A stretch of DNA of 62,146 nucleotides, the filler included, from Choristocarpus tenellus KU-1152 (Eukaryota > Protista > Phaeophyceae), in NCBI GenBank assembly GCA_964200185.2. It is 12 parts of 12 records of this genome, joined end to end, with 100 filler letters (N's around TTAATTAATTAA, not from the genome) between each part and the next. Parts side by side here need not be neighbours in the genome. Positions count along the whole stretch, not along the records: positions 1 to 9,910 come from CAXNAD020003290.1; positions 10,011 to 16,263 come from CAXNAD020008563.1; 10 more parts are not named here. The stretch is one strand, 5' to 3'. Of the stretch, positions 1-10,484 are shown in pieces. Positions within the stretch are counted from its first letter, which is position 1; each line of letters opens with the position of its first letter. A program made the translations under genes and the position numbers. Under the pieces are notes generated by a model. That model saw only the letters and a list, made by a program, of their open reading frames with translations. It did not search any database and had not been told where the DNA came from.

Positions 1-415
1 GTGGGGGTAGGAGGGGGGAGTTCCTGGGTCCCTCTGCCTGAGTTTTGACACAGTGACAAAACGATTTTGTGCCTATAACCCAGATGCATTGAATGAAAGC
101 ATTCGAGGGCGGCTGTTGAATAAAAAAATGAGGTAAAATTACGATTGGGTGGGTTTTGTTGACCAGGAGGGAGGAAACATGCAAAGTGCAGTTGGTGTTG
201 AAGGACTCTGACATCATTCGCCGCACTGTTTTGAAATGCCAACACAACATACACGCACATACCAGACAGATAGTAATATCAAAAACGACCTGCGCCTCAT
301 CCATCAAAAACGATTATTTATTACAGTTGTAGAATTATGTCGATGATTTTATGTGCCTCGAGTATAGGAATAAGTGAATACTTTTTCTTCTATGGGGCAA
401 CTTGTTGCGCCAGGG

Positions 416-3400
416 CTATTGCAGGCTTTTTTCTCCCTTAGAAGTGCCCTCCACAGTTGTGCCCCTGCAAGCCTGGTCATCGATCCATGAGTGGGCCAGG
501 GCAAGTAGGGCACACGCAGCCACATCTGACCGCAGTACCCGTGGTCCTAAAGTTACTCCCTGGAGTGTTCAAGGCAATGGGAGTTACGGAGGAGGTGCGT
601 TGGTGATGGCCACTGGGGGTCTGTGGTTGGAGAGGAAGGCGAAGGTAACATTGTGTCCATTGTGGTGTAGTAGAGATCGAAGGGTCACATTAAATAGGTT
701 CTCATATTGACAGTGGCGTGTTTCTACTTATGTACATATATTATGTTTCTACTCATGTACCACAGGAATTGAGGCTATCCTTTTGAGAGAAGCGCTTCTA
801 TTTGTTTAGTGTATTATGACCTTGTGATATTATGCGTTTATCACATCATGCCTGGTGGTGAGTCTCTTGCACGGGATCACTAGTGTCTGTGGGAGGTTGA
901 GTGCAAGGCCCAGGTTCATTGGTGTCAAAAGAGGCAATAGGATGTCAGTTGAATTTTGTGTTGGATTGAGAGAATGGGTAGGTTATGAATCTCACTGAAA
1001 TGTAACTAACACACACGCAATTTGACTCAAAACACTTCAACTTGCGCAAAATTATACACAACAAAGTTGTGTCAGGTCAAAAGGAAGGACCTTACAGAGC
1101 AAATGGTCACAGGTGTTGCCCTGGACAGTACACACTATGGACCAAAAATGGTTAAAAGCATTTTTTGTATGACGGACTTCATAGAGCAAATGACCTGGAG
1201 CATTGTGCATTGCAAGACATGTTTCGGGGTAAAGGGACCTCGGTGTTTGGTAGACAAATGGACATTACTTATGAGTACACCGGGGAGGATATATTTTTTT
1301 CTTTTATGTATATTTCTTACTTCTGTATATTCATTGCATTCTCGGTTTTAAAATTTTAAAAGATCCTACCGGTGTATGAAAGAAAAAATATACATATATT
1401 TCGGGGACTGCTTCGTGGAATAATAATTTTGAGCAAGTGGAACCAAAACGTTGTTCTTGACGATGAGACTGCAGAGCAAGGGGTGCAAAGCGTTACCCTT
1501 GATGAACTACATCATGAGCAGGTCTTGACCTAGGCAAGGCGATTACATAGCAAGCGGCCTGGGCGTTAGATTGGACGGACAACACACATTATGGAACAAA
1601 TGACCCCTGAACATTTTATCCTGAAAAAAAACATTCCAGAGCAAAACAGTCAAATTCTTGACACAGATAACGGATATTACACCTGCAGGGCCAAAATGAT
1701 GCAGTTTTCTAGGTTAACGCTAGTATCGAGCGCCACGCCTTCCAAGGTGTGTAGAGTCCACAGGTGTGCGTGCAGTCTTGCGCGAAATGTTTTGAAATAG
1801 TGCTCTGTAAACGGTATCGGGTGCATCATGTACTCCAGGTACTACAACTGCTCTTGAAGCAAGAGGTTATCGTACACTGTGGTGTGGAGGTACTGCGCCC
1901 TCTCAAGTTGCAGGTAGTGAATACGAGAGACAACCACCTTGGATCGAGAGTTGCTTTTGTGGCAAACAAACAAGCCCAATACGGCAGTAGATGAAGTCTA
2001 GTCTGTCTTATCTCGTAGCAATTGCAGTGGACCAAGTGCATCCTACAATTTCATCTATTATTCCAATCGGTGGAGATCAGGTAGGGACTGACATGGAAAC
2101 ATTGGATACATGTTGGTGATGTTAGATGAGCTGCAGGAACACACAGAAAACATCCACACCAGTACATGGCCAGAGTAGGGCGGGTGCACCCTGTTCGTGA
2201 ACAGTAGAGTTGTGAATGAACTACTACAATTTCGAAAAAAAAAAAACGAGATTTAATCAAGAACACCGGAAATCGAGGGGTGGTATTTGATTGGATTTTT
2301 TATTTTTGTGCAAATGTGCGGTGCACGCAGACCTCAGCGATTCGCGCGTCTCCATTTGTGAGCAGCGTGCAGCTTTCAGTTACACCCGTTTTCTTTTCAT
2401 TCCAAAACTCTTCAAGTCGATTTAACTTACAAACGCTCTTGATACACAGCACTAGTCAACGGGAACATAGCCTTGCACCATCCAAAGACACGTACCGTGG
2501 TCGAGTGTCTTTGGTTAAACAAACACCAAGGGGCTTTCATCTCAACCTCCCTCCAGTCGTTTCTTGCTGCCCTAGAAGCCAGCCACTCTACTCCAAACTG
2601 CACCTGCCTCCCGCACCATAAAGAATGTATCGCATGTTCTCAAGCATCTTGCGCTGCCGCCCTTACTCCAACATCACACTGTACCCTAACCCTAGCAAAG
2701 ATAACACTTGCCTTTAAAATTATTCAGTCATTCCCTACCCCGACCTCATAATTCCCCCCACTCTACACCCAAGCCTGCACTAATGCCCTCTCCTCGCGGA
2801 TGTCTTCCTACTCAGCAGTCAGGGGGACCCGCCGCGAAGTCAACGGATTCTTGAACAACTTTCAGCATCTGATTCTGGACTGAGGGTGCGCGCAAGGAGG
2901 TGCGCCCTCAAGAGCCCCCACTGTAATTACAAAAAAAAATCCCAAACACTTGCCCAACAAGAAATACTCGGCCTGGATTGAAAGGTGGGGTGGGAAAATA
3001 CCTTCCTTTGAAATATAGTAGGTGCCCTAAACTCAACAACACAAAGGCGGATAGAGTATAATGAAGACTTGGAACCATGCTGCTGGTAGTGTCAGGGTGT
3101 ATCACACAATATTATACAGCGTACCCCCTTTCCACCCCTGCAACTTGAGCACACACCTGAAATCCGTAAGCGCTCAAGAGCTCCAACTCGTAGGGCTCGT
3201 CCCAGCCCCCTTCCGGCCCCACAGTAACCAGCACTCCAGTGTCGGCAGGGGGGCAGCCTGAGAGAAGCACAAAATGAGGGTATGTGTGCATGCAAATGGA
3301 TTGCTTGGTTCCAGGTGCCATGGTAAAATGTTTGGAGTGGTTAGTACAGTAGAGATCATGTAAGAAGGAGGTCATGGACATAGTGGGTGCTTCAGGTAGT

Positions 3401-3459
3401 TTCTAACAAAGGTGTCATTTGGTCATGTGGCACGAGGATGGAGGCGTTGCTACGCATAG

Positions 3460-3501
<42 letters not shown>

Positions 3502-5178
3502 TATTACCAACCACGGCAATAGGTAGTTGGAACAAGTGCTTTGCATTAAGGTTCTTAGTACTTCACATGTTACACTTCGAATAAGCTCCTCAAATCAAAT
3601 TTTCCCCCAAAAGAAGCTCCATGCCATTCCTTCACACATGAGACGATTAAATTTGACAAGGCAGCAATTCACCGTAATATAGTTTCATGTTGCAGCGCAG
3701 AAGTCCATTTAATAGGGAGGGAGGGACCTGAAATAAACAGCCCTTCCGTCTACAAACATACCTCTAAAAAATATGATTATTTACACAATGATAATCAAGG
3801 AATATTCAAGAGGCATCTCCCCCAGTTTCCATCCAACACTTAGATCATTTAACAACATGAGGACCTGCAGCAAGATACCTAACCCATTTCCTTTCCCCCT
3901 GGACTTATGTCCCCCCCTGTCCCCAGTCTAATGCCTTGCCCTGCATACTGTGGTATCATCCCTCACCAACTGGTGCCTTGACCTCAGAAAATCGCCCTCC
4001 TTCAGTTCCTGCCCCATGCCCTTCCCCCACTTCCCTCTGGTATCTTTCCATATCCCCTAATCTCCTTGGATGTGCCACCACTCTTGCCCAGCGATCGCTT
4101 GGGAAGAGAGTGTCAATGTCATCCTCTAGGAACCGCTTCAGTTGGCGAGCTACTATGACGTTAGGGAGGGCTGTGTCACCACACTGATCCATTGAGGCAA
4201 GGGTGAAAATAGGATGGCAAGACTTTCAAAGTGGTGCCAAAAAGGACATTAGGCAAATCTTTGCTGGGGAGGGGGGGGGGTATGGGTGGGATTGTCATAG
4301 TTAACAGCAGTAGAGGGGTGGGGGATGGGTTAATATTTAAACTATCAGTAAGGGTGAACTAAGGGGGTGAAACCAGGAGAGAGGAAGGTTCCTGCCTTGG
4401 AAGAAAGCAAAGGGTGCAAGGAAGGGACCCTGAAAGGAGTGTCACACACAATAGTCAGTGTGAGCATTGACTTGAGATTACCAAGTCAACTGTTACTTCA
4501 TACACACACCACTTTGAGGCTCTTTATTTATGTACATACTCATGGATCAGTAGGGTACAGAAACAGCAGGATTCTGACCTCAGGCCCAGTTGGAGGGAAG
4601 ATCTTACCTGACACAAGCCCTCGACCAGCTTGGCCCGAAGAGTCTCTGGTTCCCTGAATAGATGTGACCCAAAGTACATCTTCTCCACCTTGTGAAGAGG
4701 CAAATATGGCACAAATAGAAGGTTGGATCCGTTAGATCACAACTCTATGCAGCCTTCAACTCATATCAGGGTCTGGTATGACCTTTGCAAACACCCTCCA
4801 TCCCACAGATTTGGTCTTATTGTATCATCGCTGCTACATTTCAGGGTATGTAGTTATGGCTGAGTGGCAATTCAATGAGAACAATCCCAGAATGTTAGAG
4901 GAGGTGATGAATAGGAACAAGAAAAAAAAAGGAATTATGGATCAATTGCAGAGGCCCCTTAAACCTTGTTGGCGCCACATAGCACCAGGGTGCTGATCCC
5001 AAGACTGGATACCATGGGGAGTATGCGCTCCAACTGCAGCGGTCGAGGCACTGCCAGCATAAGAGCCACCCTGGAAACCATGCCAGATTTTGCGTAATGA
5101 AGTGAACCACAACAATGCACCACATGAATGAGGGCGCTATTTTGGATCATAGGTAAGGAGAAGGTAAGCCTTTTATCA

Positions 5179-5209
<31 letters not shown>

Positions 5210-6253
5210 CCCATGCAATATGTACGGCACGTTTGGGATGTGCATGTGAATTGCTGTTCCATCCACATAATGTCAAGTCCCTGAGCCGTGGACGTTTTGC
5301 GCACACACTGCTTGTTGCATAACGTCCATACCTCAGTCTTCCTTCTGGGGAAACTGCCTTGAGAATGTCTGCAGATTGCCCCAGTTCTAGCACAAGATGC
5401 GATGAAGCTTTTGTCGGCCTCTGACTTTTGCGCTCAGGTTCAGGGGGTTGAACTGATGGTCGACCTGTTGCCTCTGCAAGAGGCTCTCGCCACACCACCT
5501 TCGCAACATCAGTTCTATAGACCGTTCATGCATGTGGTGGGAGATTGACATCACAATGGTACAAGTAAGGGAATGGGACGCGATCTAGATGGGAGCAAAG
5601 GTTGTAGAGGGAGATCTGCCCACCCCTTTTTTCAGCTACTCTGTACAGATGGTCTTTGACGAAATTGAGGCGTGCAAGCTACTCACAGTCCTGCATCCAC
5701 CACCCCAGCCCTGATGGTATCCCCAGACTTCGCCTTGAGGATTTTGCGCACGTGCTTCGCCCTTCCGTCACCAGCATCCAAGATTGCTGAGTAGTGGCCG
5801 TCCTCGCCAAGGCGGACCTCCGACGGCTCCAGCATAATCCTGGAGTGCGACACAATATCGATCAGACCGTCGACTTGGGAGTTCAGCGTCTTACTCATAA
5901 GGTGTAACACTCTTTATGTCCTGTCTTTGTCTATGTGTTGTCGAGATGGTTAATAGTAACCTGTTGAGGCTTCGGATGACCATCCTTCGCGGCAGTCTTC
6001 TCTCGCTTGGCCTCTCAGGTAGGCTGTTCAGAATTCTTCCAAGGCATCCTGCATGGAAAAGCACATGAAGTTTCCTGGAAATTAAGGACATGGATGATGG
6101 GAGTAGCACTTGGGTGAAGGCAGATGGACGACTGCGCCACAAAATACTGCCCCACATCACTCCTGCGGAATCTGATAAGCGGTCTACTGCACCCGATGCC
6201 CAGCCCTTTGAGCCTAGCCCAGTAAGGACCAGTAAAAGCCTTCCTCCTTTCAT
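416..6253 (-). CDS. rsmE: RsmE-family 16S rRNA m3U1498 methyltransferase (SPOUT), 8 exons, about 425 aa, with N-terminal extension
   Basis: Hand-spliced exons 6253-5961, 5839-5687, 5514-5332, 5070-4965, 4688-4608, 4183-3967, 3257-3157 and 559-416. All introns are GT-AG and phase-compatible; total 1278 nt ending in TAG. Motifs: HVRKILK, LMLAVPRP..LERIL, ANKVEKMYFGSH, VGPEGGW, TLGPRVLRSDVA. Confidence 0.93.
901..2478. mobile_element. Possible ancient DNA transposon in the last RsmE intron
   Basis: Ends GTGCAAGGC (901) and GCCTTGCAC (2478) are inverted, with patchy inverted similarity continuing inward. The interior has decayed coding-like sequence. No clear TSD. Confidence 0.35.
2480..2939 (+). 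mobile_element. Probable 3' end of a non-LTR retroelement (ORF remnant, stem-loop, A-tail)
   Basis: A decayed reading frame ends near 2883. It is followed by an 11-bp stem TGAGGGTGCGC/GTGCGCCCTCA (2881-2910, two G-U pairs) and an A9 run at 2931-2939. Confidence 0.4.
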
Positions 6254-6661
6254 GAAGGCTCTGAACGTTCGATGAATACCATATACAACCAATGCTAAAG
6301 TTCAAATTTCAGGTTTTGATAGAGAGATTTGAATTACCAGGACGTTTTTACACATGTTTATGTTGTACTAAGGTTTTTGGTTGTACAAGGTTTGTGACAG
6401 ACTGGCAACAGAACATGAAGCGTTGGCAGTTTGAGTAATGAGGGTAGCGTTCGGGTGCTGTGCTTGAAGAATAGGTTCCCTTTTAATTCGGCTCTGAAAA
6501 GCTGTCCTCCAGGTGCAAGTTTCACACCCCATCTCTGTTTGGGTTTCAAAGCAGGCGGTTTGTAAGGTTATTATTTTCACCAACTGTCAGGTTACGGCTT
6601 CATATACTCTTGTACTGCCGCAGTCTTCCATCCCTCAACTCCTGCTTATACTTCGAGGAAG

Positions 6662-8998
6662 ATGAATATTCTATGTAAGATATTGAGTTGTTTGTGTGGT
6701 GCCTGTTGGTGCTATCGAATCGCATGAGGTGGAACGCTTACCTTCAAGATAGCCATCTGTCAGTGTTGCGACATCTTTGGTTTACACACCTCCCTTTGTC
6801 TTCTCCTCGACAACCCTTTCTGAGAGTTCCTGTCTCGGATCTCCCTCCTTCTCAGCCTATTTTTGTGAACGTTACTTTTTGTTGTCCTCGTCTGGCATCA
6901 TCACTTCTCATTGCCCAGCAATAAATAATAACGCACGAAGTTTCAATCGCCCCTCTCCCCTCACCTATATATATTCCTTTCCTTTCCTATATGTTAGCTG
7001 GAAACCGTATATCTGATCACGTGGGGCAGTTGGTCATTGCAAACGCAACACCATACACATGGCGCCGTGTGGCGCAAGAGTTTGTCACGACGGGGTTGGA
7101 CGGGACCCAAGACAGTGCAGTGTTTGAGAGGACAACGGAATGGGTTTTCCCAGTTGCCGTTAACGCTGGACAATCTGTTACGGCTCGTGTAGCTTTCTGT
7201 GGAATGGGGGCCACGGCATTGGCCACCTTTCAGGTCAGGGGATGGATGAGTGTTTTTACGAAAGTACCTCTGCTATTGCGCCGATGCCAAAGCTGTTTTA
7301 TATGACAAGTCAGAGTCTCATTCTCTTCATCTGGTTACAGGAATGACCGACCTTGACCTTTGGTGGTTTACCCTTGTCCTTGTCACTGTCTCCCTTTGAC
7401 TCTTCGACCCAGGTCGATGTGGGGAATGGGGATAGCAACCCGTCTTTAACTTTCTCACTGACACATCGTGCACTGCGCGTCGATTTATCGCAACTCTCTG
7501 ATCTTCCGGGATGGGTTTCTGTCCCCCCTCCCCCATATCCCTTGGCCAACATGTCTTGGCGGCGAGATGCTATTGCCAGGTGAGCAAGAGATCTTCCATA
7601 GGGCAGCACAGAGATTGTATCGCTTCCACTTGCACTCAGTACCACAAGCAGTGCTGCTACTTTGATCAATGTCATTGTGTGCAAGACGTTTTCAAATGCA
7701 TTATTAAAATCACTCTGACTAAATCCTTGGTATGGATTCAAATACAAGTAGTGGGTAATGATGTTACACCTACCTTCCAAGATAATGTGTGGTGCATGAC
7801 ATTATAGTAAAACCAGGGACTTTGAGCTCTATATCTCTTTAAACTCAATGTTCAGGATCACCTTTAAGGATAATGTTGCTGGGCACAATCTGTGCATTTC
7901 TTACAAGAGTATTACACATTGGCAGAAGGCTTGACTGTGAGATCAGACAGATAAGACACACTGCCAACAGAGTGATTATGTACATGGAAATAACCATGAT
8001 GGACCTCCAAGGACTTTCATCAATGATACATGTTGTGCAGTCCAAAGAACTGCTCGGGAAATGAAGTGAATGCATCCCACCGCTGAAGAGTAGTGACAGG
8101 ACTCTTAACTTCGATGGATTCATCACGAGCACCCACTCTCCTGCGGGGGCTTTCAACACAAAAAATTGACGTTTCGGGAGAATGTAATGACATCATTGAA
8201 AAACAGATGCATTGATTACAAGCACCAACCCCCCTTCCCCCCCGGCCCCTTCCGGGAACTGTGACTGGCTACTCCTCTGCTCACCTCCTTCGTCAGCTTC
8301 ACGTTGGGTACAAATGCAGCGTTTGAAGATTCAGCATCAAACAAGGATGCCTTTCCAACCACCTCAGGTGGTAGTGAAGAGGAAGTGCAGCATGCTTCCA
8401 CCCCATGTCAATTTGGTAAGGTACGAATGGCCCCCCCGAATCCCCCACCTGAGCCTCCCCAGGCGAAGGTGTGGTCATTTTTCCGCCCGAGGAGCTGGCA
8501 GCGTGAGGAGAAAATAGGGTATATTTGTGGAGGGGATACCATGGGTGAGGAGGAGGAGAAAGAAGAGGGCGGAAGTCGGGGGGTGGGGGGGAGGAGGGGT
8601 CAAGAGTGGACGGCGGATTGGATGGGAAAAAATGTGACGGCGCTGGGGGAGTTGCAGCTGACGGAGATGAGCTTGCCGGGAACACATGACTCAGGGACAT
8701 CCAAGATGGTGAGGCTGCGAGGGATGATGGAACATTGTGTTGTGCTGTGTGTGTTGTGCTTTGTTGCTGCAGGGAGTCTGGTTGCGATGTTGTTGGTCCA
8801 ATGGGTGGAAAAGTGAATCGAATATCGTGCTGTGTGTGAACTCTCTGCTGGGCTTTGGAGCTCACCGATCTACGATGAAGTCATGTTTTCAATTCTCTCT
8901 TGTGTTTGGGTGTTTTTTAAAATCTCGTATCTGTATCGTTTTGCTTTTTTTTTATTTCTCTCCCTTGGTTGGGATAGTATAGACCTGAATTGGTACAT

Positions 8999-9060
<62 letters not shown>

Positions 9061-9489
9061 GTAATGGCGCTGTTGATGCTGTTGGTCAATACTCCAGAGC
9101 TATGACAGAGTAATTTTTCAGCATGGGGTGGTGCAAATCAATGAGGACTTTGCGGAGTTGCAAACCAAGAGGATGTGCAACTTCCGTTACAACTAGTTCA
9201 GGTCTCTCTCACTGGTTCATCGCGATTAATCGCTCTGTGTCGTAGGTCATAGTGGTGTCCAGCAAGCAGCGTAGCCGCAATAACACAGGCCTCCCAAAGT
9301 GAGGTGTGTGTTGGGGGGGGGAGGGGCGGGGAAGGCTTCCGCAAGAAACTCCATAGTGATGTTTACACCCCAAAATCTCAGCAGAATCTCACTCGGTCTA
9401 CCTCTTACCTTATCCCGATACCCCCTCCCCCCCAAAAAGGAAATTCCATTTCAATCTGATACCATCTTGTCAATTTATCTACTCCTCCC

Positions 9490-9531
<42 letters not shown>

Positions 9532-9680
9532 ATGCTTACGCTGAAAAGGAGAGGAAGTTTTTTAATTATTATTTTATTTTATTTTATTTGCCCTCTCTGC
9601 AGGCGTTGCGCGACCCCCACCCCCCAAAGCATCGTTACAAGGAAGCCAGCCCCCTCTTGACCTCCGCTGCTCATCCTCAC

Positions 9681-9742
<62 letters not shown>

Positions 9743-9910
9743 GTGTGTTTGTTTGCCTAGGCTGTGGCCATCACGGGTCCGTGGGCCTCCACGCAGGCGC
9801 TTGGTATCGGCGATCAACTGCTAGCAGGCGTTCGCGTGCTTGACCTGCGGGTGGGCTATGACGGCAGTGGTGGGGATGAGGGGGGGGGGGGGGAGAGGGG
9901 GGGGGAGGGA
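6662..9910 (+). CDS. PI-PLC X-domain (PLC-like phosphodiesterase) protein, 3'-truncated by contig end
   Basis: Phase-compatible exons 6662-6674, 6998-7233, 7413-7579, 8298-8708 and 9761-9910. They give WMG...MSLPGTHDSGTSKM|AVAITGPWASTQALGIGDQLLAGVRVLDLRV, the typical PGTHDSG / Q..I.DQL..G.R.LDLR signature. The first mini-exon is less certain. Confidence 0.85.
8999..9058. repeat. (AG)n microsatellite
   Basis: Direct reading. Other intronic microsatellites: (AT)n ~3462-3503, (AC)n ~5179-5207, (CT)n ~9496-9527, (TG)n ~9683-9737. Confidence 0.95.
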
Positions 9911-10010
9911 NNNNNNNNNNNNNNNNNNNNNNNNNNNNNNNNNNNNNNNNNNNNTTAATTAATTAANNNNNNNNNNNNNNNNNNNNNNNNNNNNNNNNNN
10001 NNNNNNNNNN
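9911..10010. other. Artificial contig linker (N44-TTAATTAATTAA-N44)
   Basis: Identical 100-bp linkers also lie at 16264-16363, 26080-26179, 33993-34092, 37674-37773, 41308-41407, 44641-44740, 49677-49776, 53314-53413, 56318-56417 and 58985-59084. The core has stops in all six frames. Confidence 0.98.
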
Positions 10011-10112
10011 CCCCCCCCCCCTCCCAGATACTTTGGGTCTAATTTGAAGAAGTTTTTCATAAAATTAGTTCAAGAGGTTAGAATTTTAGATAACAGAAAG
10101 GAAAAGACCACT

Positions 10113-10271
10113 ACTGAGAAGCAATTCAGAAATACTTTCAAAGTTGCTTCTAAAATGAAAGGAAACACTGCTGAAAATTTTGCAGGTTTACTTGAGAGTA
10201 GATTAGATATGGTTGTTTACAGAATGAATCTAGCTCCAACTATTTTTGCTGCAAGACAGTTAGTTTCTCAC
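10113..10271 (+). pseudogene. rpsD: Internal fragment of bacterial ribosomal protein S4, Rickettsiaceae-like
   Basis: [53 protein letters not shown] carries the uS4 LESRLD..VYR / AARQLVSH motifs. It is AT-rich, intronless and lacks both termini. Confidence 0.88.
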
Positions 10272-10484
10272 TTAGTTCTAATGCTCTTGGCAGTCAAACC
10301 ATTGCAGGTAGTTCGACATTACAATGGTTCTACCTGGACCACTGCAGTTCTAGTCTTTCGATTCCTCACATTTGGTATCATGAATTTGGAAAAAAAATAC
10401 GAACTCTCTAAACCTTCCCTGGTCCACTGACTCTCTCTCCAAACACTGGCTTTGGCCCCTTATCTCTCAACGATGCTCCTCTAG

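Noticed and set aside
9955-9966. Palindromic TTAATTAATTAA repeated 11 times
   Set aside because: Always centred in N runs; an artificial six-frame-stop linker. ORFs ending in X..LIN are artefacts.
10044-10430. 128-aa ORF as a functional S4 gene
   Set aside because: Only 53 codons are S4-like, there is no ATG start, and both S4 termini are missing.
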